Assembly: GCA_020634975.1 (NCBI GenBank)
Contig: JACKAQ010000002.1
Coordinates: 93,456 to 157,455 of the forward strand
DNA from: Calditrichia bacterium
GTDB taxonomy: Bacteria; Calditrichota; Calditrichia; RBG-13-44-9; J075
Direction: 5' to 3'
DNA: 64,000 bases
Part shown: in pieces, positions 47,793 to 55,856 of the stretch
Numbering within the stretch: position 1 is the first letter of the stretch
Layout of the letters: every line of letters begins with the position of its first letter
Program-made: the position numbers and the translations under genes
The notes under the pieces: generated by a model
Seen by the model: only the letters and a program-made list of their open reading frames with translations
The model's database searches: none
What the model was told of the DNA's origin: nothing

Positions 47793-48458
47793 ATGCGAAC
47801 CCTGATAATCGATATTTTGACAAACGTTCATTTTTTGCAATTCTGGCTGGTTATGGTTGTTGGATCGATGGCAACATTAATCCTCGATCTCACCACAAAT
47901 AATTACCGATTGGGCGGATTGATGAAATGGGTTTGGGGATTTACAGTTTTGTATTCCGGTCCGTTTGGATTAGGGATTTACTTTTTTTCGGGTCGCCGGG
48001 AAATTAGTCATGATTCACTGTGGCGAAAGTCGTTTCGATCGGTTGCGCACTGCTATTCCGGCTGCGGCGCGGGTGAAATTGTTGGCGTTTTTATTGCAGC
48101 TGGTATTTTTTCGTTGAGCAATTGGTGGATCGCCGGAATTACTTTTGTTCTGGCATATGTTTCCGGATTTGCCTTCACCATCGGTCCGCTAATGCAGGAT
48201 GGCGAACCCTTTCACCAGGCGTTGATGGATGCGCTTTTTAGCGAAACAGCCAGCATTTCAGTCATGGAAATTAGTGCAATTTGTGTTGATTTGTGGCTGG
48301 CGCAGAATGCAACCATGGCTCAGCCGGCATTTTGGGCATCATTGGTATTTTCATTGAGTATCGGATTGTTCGCCGCATATCCGGTGAATGTTTTGTTGAT
48401 CCATTTTGGGGTAAAAGAAGGCATGCACAACCCGAAACACATGGCACACGCGCATTAA
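47793..48458 (+). CDS. DUF4396-like integral membrane protein
   Basis: 221 aa, polytopic. The HCYSGCGAGEIVG motif resembles the conserved H-C-x-x-G-C-x-x-G-E block of DUF4396. Confidence 0.55.
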   Translation: MRTLIIDILTNVHFLQFWLVMVVGSMATLILDLTTNNYRLGGLMKWVWGFTVLYSGPFGLGIYFFSGRREISHDSLWRKSFRSVAHCYSGCGAGEIVGVFIAAGIFSLSNWWIAGITFVLAYVSGFAFTIGPLMQDGEPFHQALMDALFSETASISVMEISAICVDLWLAQNATMAQPAFWASLVFSLSIGLFAAYPVNVLLIHFGVKEGMHNPKHMAHAH

Positions 48459-48465
48459 TCGCAAT

Positions 48466-48498
48466 AAAAAAAGGGACGTGAAAAACTCCACATCCCTT
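48466..48498 (-). terminator. rho-independent terminator of the sodC/ferritin-like unit
   Basis: On the minus strand: AGGGAUGUG-N8-CACGUCCCU (one G-U pair) followed by UUUUUUU. Confidence 0.6.
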
Positions 48499-48538
48499 TA
48501 ACTGATTAACGAATCAGCATCGATTGCTCTATCGTGGA

Positions 48539-48964
48539 TTAAAATGGCCAATCTCTGAGCATGCGTTCTGTTTCTTCCGCATGTTTGGTTTCATCTTTTA
48601 CAATATCTTCCAATTGGACCACTAAGCCTTTGTCGCCAAAGGCTTCTGCCTCTTTTGTCCGTTGTGTATAATCTGCGATGGCACATTTTTCGGCATTTAA
48701 CACAGCTTTCAACATCTCTTTATTTAACTCAACCGCCGGAACTTCTCTGGGTTGGGTGACAGGTTTACCACCGAGTGCCACAATCTTATTTGCCAAAAAT
48801 TCCGCATGTTGCTGTTCGTCAGTAACTTCATCCAGAAAAAATTGCGAGAGCTGTGGCCGATACGGTCCGGTGGTTTTTGCTGCGTATGTAATATATTGAA
48901 TCATCGCGCTTAACTCACCGGCAAGATCCTGGTTTAAATTGTCGATTAATTGTTGTTTATCCAT
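48539..48964 (-). CDS. ferritin-like (bacterioferritin/Dps-fold) di-iron protein
   Basis: 141-aa four-helix pattern with E...E-x-x-H pairs (LAGELSAMIQY, DEQQHAEF, ...DETKHAEE). Confidence 0.65.
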   Translation of the reverse strand: MDKQQLIDNLNQDLAGELSAMIQYITYAAKTTGPYRPQLSQFFLDEVTDEQQHAEFLANKIVALGGKPVTQPREVPAVELNKEMLKAVLNAEKCAIADYTQRTKEAEAFGDKGLVVQLEDIVKDETKHAEETERMLRDWPF

Positions 48965-49003
48965 AACTTAACTTCCTTTCCATTTAGAGAAAATTCGAGC
49001 TTT

Positions 49004-49582
49004 TTATTCAGAAGGTTTCACTTCCGGCTTGCTGATACCAATCGTTCCGCAGGCAACTCTCGCTCCGGCTGCACCGGTTGGTTGGGAGGTCATGTCGTCT
49101 TTATCGGCATGAACAATTACGCCCCGGCCAATAATGGAATGTTCACCGTTCAATGCAATCTCTGAATCGATGTACATTTTATTTGCAACACCGTTTTCAT
49201 CAGCGGTGATATTGCCTAAATCGCCAACATGGCGTGGGTCATCTGTGGGTCCGGCATGTTGGGCTTTTTCGGGATTATAGTGTCCGCCAGCCGATGTTCC
49301 ATCGTCTGCGCTGCAATCACCAAATTCGTGGATATGAAAACCGTGATCTCCAGGTGTTAACCCGGTCACGCTCACCACAACCTGAACTGCATCACCAACC
49401 TTTGTGAAAACAACTTTACCGGTCACGCCACTGTCATTTTTTGGGTAAAGCACTGCAACGGCTTCCAGTACATCTGCAGTTGCTTTTACTTCCGGCATCT
49501 CCATTTTTTCCTGCTGCTGTTGACAAGATAACACCACGATGCTGAGCAAACCGGTTAAGGCTAAGTGAACTAATTTCATCAT
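49004..49582 (-). CDS. sodC: periplasmic Cu/Zn superoxide dismutase
   Basis: [36 protein letters not shown] and [10 protein letters not shown] motifs. Signal peptide present. Confidence 0.9.
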   Translation of the reverse strand: MMKLVHLALTGLLSIVVLSCQQQQEKMEMPEVKATADVLEAVAVLYPKNDSGVTGKVVFTKVGDAVQVVVSVTGLTPGDHGFHIHEFGDCSADDGTSAGGHYNPEKAQHAGPTDDPRHVGDLGNITADENGVANKMYIDSEIALNGEHSIIGRGVIVHADKDDMTSQPTGAAGARVACGTIGISKPEVKPSE

Positions 49583-49644
49583 ATCTCCTCTTTTAAATAC
49601 TGCGTTATTTGTTGATGGCGCATTGCCACCTTACTACAGGTATT

Positions 49645-49660
49645 TGCAATGCCTGTGCCA
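49645..49660 (-). promoter_or_regulatory. sigma-54 (-24/-12) promoter upstream of sodC
   Basis: The minus strand reads TGGCAC-aggca-TTGCA, an exact match to the TGGCAC-N5-TTGCW consensus. It lies about 63-78 nt upstream of the sodC ATG. Confidence 0.55.
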
Positions 49661-50181
49661 AAATGAATCTTATTTAAGTGAGGAATATAGTTAAAAAAAA
49701 GGGACGTATTCGAATTTTCCAAAATACATCTCATAAAATTGTTTCAAATTGTTGTTTTTTAATAATATACGGTAGTGATCTTTGAAAAATTTCTCGGGCG
49801 GTTGTATTCCCTGCAGTTGCAAAAACTATTGATTTTGGCCGGAAGTTATCATAATCCAAAATTTACGTGCCGGAACAATCGTAAAAAGCATCTCTCATTT
49901 TGATAGAAATATCTCATTTTGATATGGCGCTTATGTTTGAGAATCGAGTGTGTTTGGAGAAATCGATCTGACCAAAATTTTTCAAGGGCACTTTACGGGC
50001 TCATCCGGTCAATTAAAATGGTTGTTTAAATCTATTAAAAACAGATAATTATCGCCTAAAAGCATAACGCCTGAAAACATTTGTGCGCTGACAAAAAACA
50101 TTCGTTTATTGAGTGTGGCATTGTTTTTGGGGCATAGTTAAGCGATTAAAAAATTAAAATCAATCAGAAGGGAGTTATTGT

Positions 50182-50550
50182 ATGTATTACACTTTTTTTC
50201 AGGAAACCAATAAAATAGAATTGGTATTAAGTGATAAATTGACCAAATCCGAGTTGTTTCAAATTACACATCAACTCGAATCGTTATCCACCATGTATAA
50301 CGGCATAAATGTATTGATCGATGCTGGAAGTTTGACGTCGTATGATATTTCAACCGGAATGGATGAATTGAATATGTTGCGTCATAATCTTAATCGCATT
50401 GAACGAATAGCAATTGTTTCTGACGATAAATTTTATCAGTTTATCGCAAAAATTTTGGGCAAACTTACGGATACTGAAATTCGTTCGTTCTCTGTTCAAG
50501 AGATTGAGGACGGACGAAACTGGATTTTTCCGTCCAAGCTGCCCGTATAA
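50182..50550 (+). CDS. STAS/SpoIIAA-like domain protein
   Basis: 122 aa. IERIAIVSDDKFYQFIAKILGKLTDTEIRSFSVQEIEDGRNWI resembles the C-terminal block of the SpoIIAA-like (PF11964-type) family. Confidence 0.5.
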   Translation: MYYTFFQETNKIELVLSDKLTKSELFQITHQLESLSTMYNGINVLIDAGSLTSYDISTGMDELNMLRHNLNRIERIAIVSDDKFYQFIAKILGKLTDTEIRSFSVQEIEDGRNWIFPSKLPV

Positions 50551-50603
50551 ATTCAACACCAGATTACAACCAAAAACCAACCACCATTGAAAGGAGAATT
50601 TTG

Positions 50604-51857
50604 ATGCAAAACATCAAATATTTGAGTCATTCGAATCTTTCGATTAATAAATCTTTTACGGCCTTCGTGCTGATGATTCTCATTAGTTTGGCGGGTACAA
50701 TCCGGGGATTTTCCCAGGCACCCATTGGTGATCGTCAAATCGTTTCATCAATCGAAACAGCTATTGCTGATGATCAGCTGATTGATCCGGATGCGTTGAA
50801 GATATCATCTTTAAACGGCATTGTAACAATGGAAGGCTGGACAAGTAACCTATTAGTGAAAGATCGCGCGGTTAAAATCGCAACATCTATAAAAGGTGTT
50901 CGCAGCATTATCGACCGGATGAGTGTTCGTCCCGCATTTGTGAGGGATGACGTTATTCAACAAAATGTGAAAAATGCTTTGGCATACGATCCCGCAACTG
51001 AATCGTATGAAGTTAACGTTACATCTGATAATTACACCGTCACGTTGAGCGGAACAGTAGATTCATGGCAAGAAAAACAACTTGCTGCGGAAGTTGCAAA
51101 AGGTATCAAAGGCGTGCAAAAAATTGAAAATAATATCGATGTCCAGTTTAACGGAAATCGCGATGACAGCGAAATAGAAATGGAAATTAAGCGTCGGATG
51201 CAATCCAGCATTTGGGTTGATGCAGAAGCTTTCAGCGTGAAAGTGAATAATCACGTTGTCACCATTTCCGGATATGTCGGCGATTTACCGGAAAAAAACC
51301 GCGCATACACAATGGCGTGGGTTCCCGGTGTCAAAAATGTAAACGATGAAAATCTGATTGTCGCATCTGTTTTGGATGATGACATGCAGAAAAAAAATCG
51401 CTTTATGACCGTTACAGATGAACAAATAAAGTCTACCATTGAAGATGCACTCATGTATGATCCAAGAGTTGCTTCATATAAACCGAACATATCGGTTGAA
51501 AACAGTGTGGTTACCCTAACAGGAACCGTAAAGGATTTTCTGGCGAAACGAGCCGCCGGAGAAAACGCCAAAAATACCTATGGCGTTAAAACCGTCAAAA
51601 ACGATTTGTTGGTTCAACCCGTTTTTTCACCCGCCGATGAAATAATCGAAGAGCATGTGGAAGAAGCATTGCTCTGGGATCCGGTTGTGGAAAAATACCA
51701 AATTTCTGTGGATGTCGTTAATGGCGAAGTGTTGCTCAACGGCATTGTAAATAATGCGTTTGAAAAACATCGTGCAGTTCGGGTTGCCGGTGGAATTGCC
51801 GGTGTTGTGGGTGTTAACAACGCCATTACCATCCAGTCCCCAACGGCTGTTTACTAA
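50604..51857 (+). CDS. multi-BON-domain (OsmY-like) periplasmic protein
   Basis: Start at ATG 50604 behind AAGGAG, with a signal peptide. At least five repeats of the BON pattern, e.g. ISSLNGIVTMEGWTSNLLVKDRAVKIATSIKGVRSIIDRMSV. Confidence 0.8.
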   Translation: MQNIKYLSHSNLSINKSFTAFVLMILISLAGTIRGFSQAPIGDRQIVSSIETAIADDQLIDPDALKISSLNGIVTMEGWTSNLLVKDRAVKIATSIKGVRSIIDRMSVRPAFVRDDVIQQNVKNALAYDPATESYEVNVTSDNYTVTLSGTVDSWQEKQLAAEVAKGIKGVQKIENNIDVQFNGNRDDSEIEMEIKRRMQSSIWVDAEAFSVKVNNHVVTISGYVGDLPEKNRAYTMAWVPGVKNVNDENLIVASVLDDDMQKKNRFMTVTDEQIKSTIEDALMYDPRVASYKPNISVENSVVTLTGTVKDFLAKRAAGENAKNTYGVKTVKNDLLVQPVFSPADEIIEEHVEEALLWDPVVEKYQISVDVVNGEVLLNGIVNNAFEKHRAVRVAGGIAGVVGVNNAITIQSPTAVY

Positions 51858-51897
51858 ACCTTAACCACTCATCCAGTTGAGCGGAACCAACGGTATC

Positions 51898-51927
51898 TTG
51901 CCAAACCTTTTACCGGGTTTGGCAAGA
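51898..51927 (+). terminator. 11-bp-stem hairpin after the BON gene
   Basis: cttgccaaacc-N8-ggtttggcaag. The T-rich tract follows only after 10 nt, so this is a moderate terminator candidate. Confidence 0.45.
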
Positions 51928-51969
51928 CCCGTATGGTTTTATTTTTCTCATTTAACAAAAGGAATTACA

Positions 51970-52425
51970 ATGAGTTACGAACAAGTAAAAGATGTACTGC
52001 AACAAGCCAAGTTGTTTTACAAAAAAACAGCAAATTTTTATGAACAATTGAGCCGTGAAAGTGATCAAGAGCGTGTAAAACTGCTGCTAAATTATATGGC
52101 AAAGCGTGAAAAAGCGTTTGAGCAAATAGTGGATCGATTTCATAACGAGAGCAAACAGAGTATTATTCAGCAATGGATGCAGTTTACGCCACCGCGAACA
52201 GTGACCAAAACACTGGATGAGTTGAAGAAAAAACCGATTGAATCTGTCGATGAATTAATGCAAATGGCGACAACAATGGACGACGCGCTCATCGAATATT
52301 ACCGGACGCTGGTGAATATTTCCCGTAAACCGGAAGTTCGCGATGCGTTTATCAACCTCATGGAAGCAACGCTCAAAAAAGATCGCGAGATGGTATTTAA
52401 TATGCACATGCAGCAGGAAATATGA
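51970..52425 (+). CDS. helical hypothetical protein
   Basis: Start moved to ATG 51970 (MSYEQVKDVLQQ...), because the longer track ORF runs through the upstream hairpin. All-helical, charged composition with no motif I recognise. Confidence 0.5.
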   Translation: MSYEQVKDVLQQAKLFYKKTANFYEQLSRESDQERVKLLLNYMAKREKAFEQIVDRFHNESKQSIIQQWMQFTPPRTVTKTLDELKKKPIESVDELMQMATTMDDALIEYYRTLVNISRKPEVRDAFINLMEATLKKDREMVFNMHMQQEI

Positions 52426-52443
52426 TATTTACGAATCGATATT

Positions 52444-53328
52444 TTACAGATGAACAATAATTTCCCCGCGAAATACGGGATAGCTTTCCTGCCAGAAATA
52501 GCGGGAATAATATAAACGGTAAATCAAAAACGAATCGCTTCGCATTTCTATATAGGAATTTACCAGATGAATGCCCGGATAGTAGCTGAGATACAGCCGT
52601 TTGTTTTTCCCGGGTAAAATGCTGGCTGAGTAAATGTGCCGGTTCGATCCGGTAGAAAAACTCAGCCCCAAAGGTTTGGCAATCCAATACGTAAAACGGT
52701 GTATCTTGTAATATTCTGTCATATATAGCGAGTATTGCGTCTTGATTCGCGGGAGCGTAATATTCACGCCATCTGCAGAATAGCCTTTGTATAGCGTCAT
52801 CGAAATCAGATTGCGGTATTGCTGACGGACAAAAACCCGGTCCAGATCCCAGCGGATGGAGCGAATTTTCCATTTCCGAAGTTGCCGGTTGGTTTCGCCG
52901 GAAAGCACATTTGCTGCGCCACCGGCAATTGCCATTTTCACAATAGTCGTTTGTTTTTCGATGGGCAGTTGCTGCCCGATTTCCACCAGATCTTCAACGG
53001 TTTCATAGCCGTTCAGCCCGGCAGGGGCAACGGTTTGGACCAATCGCCGCAAATCGCGCATCACCCAATATTCATCGCGAAAATAGGGATGAATTCGCGG
53101 TCGACGGATGCCTGCCGCGTTGTTAATCTGCGTAAAATATGCCGAGGCAAGCGTATCGCGAACGGGTTCAACAGCCGGTTCAACCACCGCTGCGGTTTCT
53201 GTTCTGCGCGTGGCGTCGATAGCCTCCAAAAGCTCGTCCGGCGATTGTGCCATTGCACCCGACAGCCATAGACTCAACACCGGCAACCAGATTCGGCGAA
53301 AAAATTTCCCATCGAGAAACATATTCAA
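52444..53328 (-). CDS. secreted hypothetical protein
   Basis: 294-aa ORF with signal peptide RRIWLPVLSLWLSGAMAQ. No recognisable motif. Confidence 0.45.
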   Translation of the reverse strand: MNMFLDGKFFRRIWLPVLSLWLSGAMAQSPDELLEAIDATRRTETAAVVEPAVEPVRDTLASAYFTQINNAAGIRRPRIHPYFRDEYWVMRDLRRLVQTVAPAGLNGYETVEDLVEIGQQLPIEKQTTIVKMAIAGGAANVLSGETNRQLRKWKIRSIRWDLDRVFVRQQYRNLISMTLYKGYSADGVNITLPRIKTQYSLYMTEYYKIHRFTYWIAKPLGLSFSTGSNRHIYSASILPGKNKRLYLSYYPGIHLVNSYIEMRSDSFLIYRLYYSRYFWQESYPVFRGEIIVHL

Positions 53329-53584
53329 CCCTGTTTGATTTGTTGAATGACATCCAAAAAATCATCAAAAAAACCAGTTGAGAATGAGAAATTGCGAATT
53401 CGAAAGTGCGGTAATTTCTTCCGGAATATTCGGTTGAGATTGAAAATTAGCATCGCGAATGTTGCTTTTCAAGTGCAAAATGTGCAGCCGATTTCGCCAC
53501 AAATTGACCCGAATGTGAAGAACTACAACGCTTTTTGTCGATGAAAATCCGGTTCGCAGAAATGATAATTTTTCATATATTCAA

Positions 53585-55426
53585 ATGAACAAAAATTCGC
53601 AGGAATGTATGAAACCAGCAGCTTTTTATTTCATTTTGAGAATGATGATCCCGGTTATTTTCGCAATTTCAACGATTGCAGTCGCGGATGAAAGTAGGCA
53701 ATTTCCCGGTTTTTCAACGCATCCGTATGGAGATGAACAGGTTGTCTCGTTCAATTATTTTCCGGAAATACAGGTTCACATCAACGTTGCAGCCACAACG
53801 GATTTCGATCCGCAAAAACCGGTTGGGCTGGCGCTATTTGCCCTGCCAAATGGCAATTCCATCGAGCAAACGGTAGGAAAAATTGTGCAACCGGAAGATG
53901 ACTGGCATTTTGGCATTCAGCATATCGGCGCGCAAACCCGTTTTCTGCGGCAGCAAATTGATGATTATAATTTGGTTGTTGTGTATCTGGCGGTGAATCA
54001 AAAAAGCTGGCCGATGTGGAAAAGCCAACACTCTGATTATGCGGAAATCGTAAAATCGTTGGTTGAGCACCTCATATCCTATTTCCGGGATTACGATCCG
54101 TTTGTAATTTTAACCGGACACAGCGGCGGCGGCAGGTTCATTTTTTCGGTTTTGGATGCATATCCCGAAATCCCAACATTTGTTCGGCGAATTTGTTTTC
54201 TGGATAGTAATTACGGTTATGAGGACAGTTACGGCGATCAGATTATCCAATGGCTGAATGCATCGGATATAAATTGCCTCAGCGTTTTGGCGTATAACGA
54301 CAGTATTGCATTGTATAACGGGAAGCCGTTTGTTTCTGCAACCGGCGGAACCTGGTATCGCAGCAAAATGATGCAGCGGTATTTGTCAAACACCTTCGAA
54401 TTTTCCACCAAAGAAGATGACGATTTTATCCGCCACAAAGCGTTGGACGGACGAATCCAGATTTTATTGAAAAAAAATCCCGGGCGGGAAATATTTCACA
54501 CCGTTCAGGTGGAAAAAAACGGATTTATCCACACAATGTTGAGCGGAACGGCAACGGAAAACGCCGGATATGAGTATTACGGCGATCGCGTTTACGATGA
54601 CTGGATTCAGCCGGATGCGCTGGAATACCCGAATTTTCAGATACCGCTGCGTTCACCGGCGGCTCCTGGGGGTTCGCAATTTATGGAATCGCTAAAGCCA
54701 TTGTCCCGGGACGAAAAGCAGATGGCAATTTTAAACGAATTGCGCAAAGGTAACCTGCCATATTTTTTACGAAATTTAAAAACACTTGAAATGACAACCG
54801 AAGATGCCAACGGCAACATGCATCACGTGAAATACTGTGTGATGCCGGATTATCTCGCCATCGGATCGGACAGCAATTACTGCCGGATCCCGGTGACACC
54901 CGCCGTTGCCCAGCTCGTTGCAAATCAATTTGGCGCAACCTTGCCAACCCGTAAATTGGTGGATCATATTTATCGCGAAGCGGAAATAAAAATTGCACCG
55001 GTAACTTACACGCCGGTTGAGCGCCAAAATGAAACGATCGAAAAATTTGTGCTGCACAATTCGGCAATTGAACAACAGCGAATTGAAGCCGGCGGATCGC
55101 CCGGACAATTGATTGCCGGACACAAAAAAGATGTCGTTTTGAGCAATAAAATTGTCGATCCTGCACGACCCAATCACGTTGTGATTTATGGTTGGCACAA
55201 ACTGGATGGTATTCGCATCCAACCGCTGACCAATATTCACATTGATTGGTATGTGGATTACAGCCACGGTGCGCGATTGATCGATTCGGAAATTTTTGTT
55301 GATGGCGAAAAAACCACAGTTCAAGCTGTATTGCAGGATCAGGTTTTATACAAGTTGCTGAGCGACGAAGATGCTCCAATGCCTCAAACCAGCTATTTAC
55401 CGGAAAATGCAACAAAATCACAATAG
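53585..55426 (+). CDS. secreted hypothetical protein with possible alpha/beta-hydrolase nucleophile elbow
   Basis: 613 aa with an N-terminal hydrophobic segment. VILTGHSGGGRFIF is a G-x-S-x-G motif. The C-terminal ~230 aa (IYGWHKLDGIRIQPLTNIHIDWYVDYSHGARL) are unassigned. Confidence 0.55.
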   Translation: MNKNSQECMKPAAFYFILRMMIPVIFAISTIAVADESRQFPGFSTHPYGDEQVVSFNYFPEIQVHINVAATTDFDPQKPVGLALFALPNGNSIEQTVGKIVQPEDDWHFGIQHIGAQTRFLRQQIDDYNLVVVYLAVNQKSWPMWKSQHSDYAEIVKSLVEHLISYFRDYDPFVILTGHSGGGRFIFSVLDAYPEIPTFVRRICFLDSNYGYEDSYGDQIIQWLNASDINCLSVLAYNDSIALYNGKPFVSATGGTWYRSKMMQRYLSNTFEFSTKEDDDFIRHKALDGRIQILLKKNPGREIFHTVQVEKNGFIHTMLSGTATENAGYEYYGDRVYDDWIQPDALEYPNFQIPLRSPAAPGGSQFMESLKPLSRDEKQMAILNELRKGNLPYFLRNLKTLEMTTEDANGNMHHVKYCVMPDYLAIGSDSNYCRIPVTPAVAQLVANQFGATLPTRKLVDHIYREAEIKIAPVTYTPVERQNETIEKFVLHNSAIEQQRIEAGGSPGQLIAGHKKDVVLSNKIVDPARPNHVVIYGWHKLDGIRIQPLTNIHIDWYVDYSHGARLIDSEIFVDGEKTTVQAVLQDQVLYKLLSDEDAPMPQTSYLPENATKSQ

Positions 55427-55436
55427 AACAAAAAAA

Positions 55437-55468
55437 GCGGCGCCGTAATTGATCAATTACGGCGCCGC
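55437..55468. terminator. bidirectional rho-independent terminator
   Basis: AAAAAA-gcggcgccgtaatt-gatc-aattacggcgccgc-TTTT, a perfect 14-bp stem. Confidence 0.75.
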
Positions 55469-55504
55469 TTTTAAAATCGTAAACTACTGTTTTTACTTCA
55501 GCAA

Positions 55505-55584
55505 TGCGAGGGGGACTCGAACCCCACGGGATTGCTCCCACTAGACCCTGAACCTAGCGCGTCTGCCAATTCCGCCACCTCGGC
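55505..55584 (-). tRNA. tRNA-Leu (anticodon CAG), with non-canonical T-stem and acceptor 3' strand
   Basis: The minus strand reads GCCGAGG-TG-GCGG-AATTGGCAGA-CGCG-CTAGG-TTCAGGG-TCTAG-TGGGAGCAATCCCGT-GGGG-TTCGAGT-CCCCC-TCGCA. The 5' two-thirds are nearly identical to E. coli tRNA-Leu(CAG) as I recall it, including the long variable arm. The 3' end does not pair properly (see findings). Confidence 0.7.
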
Positions 55585-55856
55585 ATCTGTTAATCATCAA
55601 GCGGGGCAAATATAATTCGTAATTGGGGTATTCGCAAGATATTTTTGAAGAACTCAACTGAATAAAATAACATTTTTACTCAGAAAATTACGAACCTGAA
55701 TTTCACCTTTTTTTCACTCCGTTTTCTCCATAAATTCCTCGCGTCATTGGATATTTTATGTATCGTAAGTTATTGAAAGTGTTGCAATTTGAGAGGCAAA
55801 AATATCTCTCGAAATCAACAGATGTTCAGTAAATTCTACAAACAAAGGTAAGGTCT

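Noticed and set aside
52397-52873. 158-aa minus-strand ORF overlapping the 3' part of 52444-53328 in another frame
   Set aside because: It is completely nested in the longer signal-peptide-bearing ORF on the same strand. It has no independent SD or motif.
46900-55584. Genomic island integrated at the tRNA-Leu gene
   Set aside because: It is tempting, because the tRNA 3' end is aberrant and 47-55 kb is accessory-looking and more AT-rich in its gaps. However, I found no integrase or recombinase and no direct repeat of the tRNA 3' end by eye. I keep it only as a remark under the tRNA finding.
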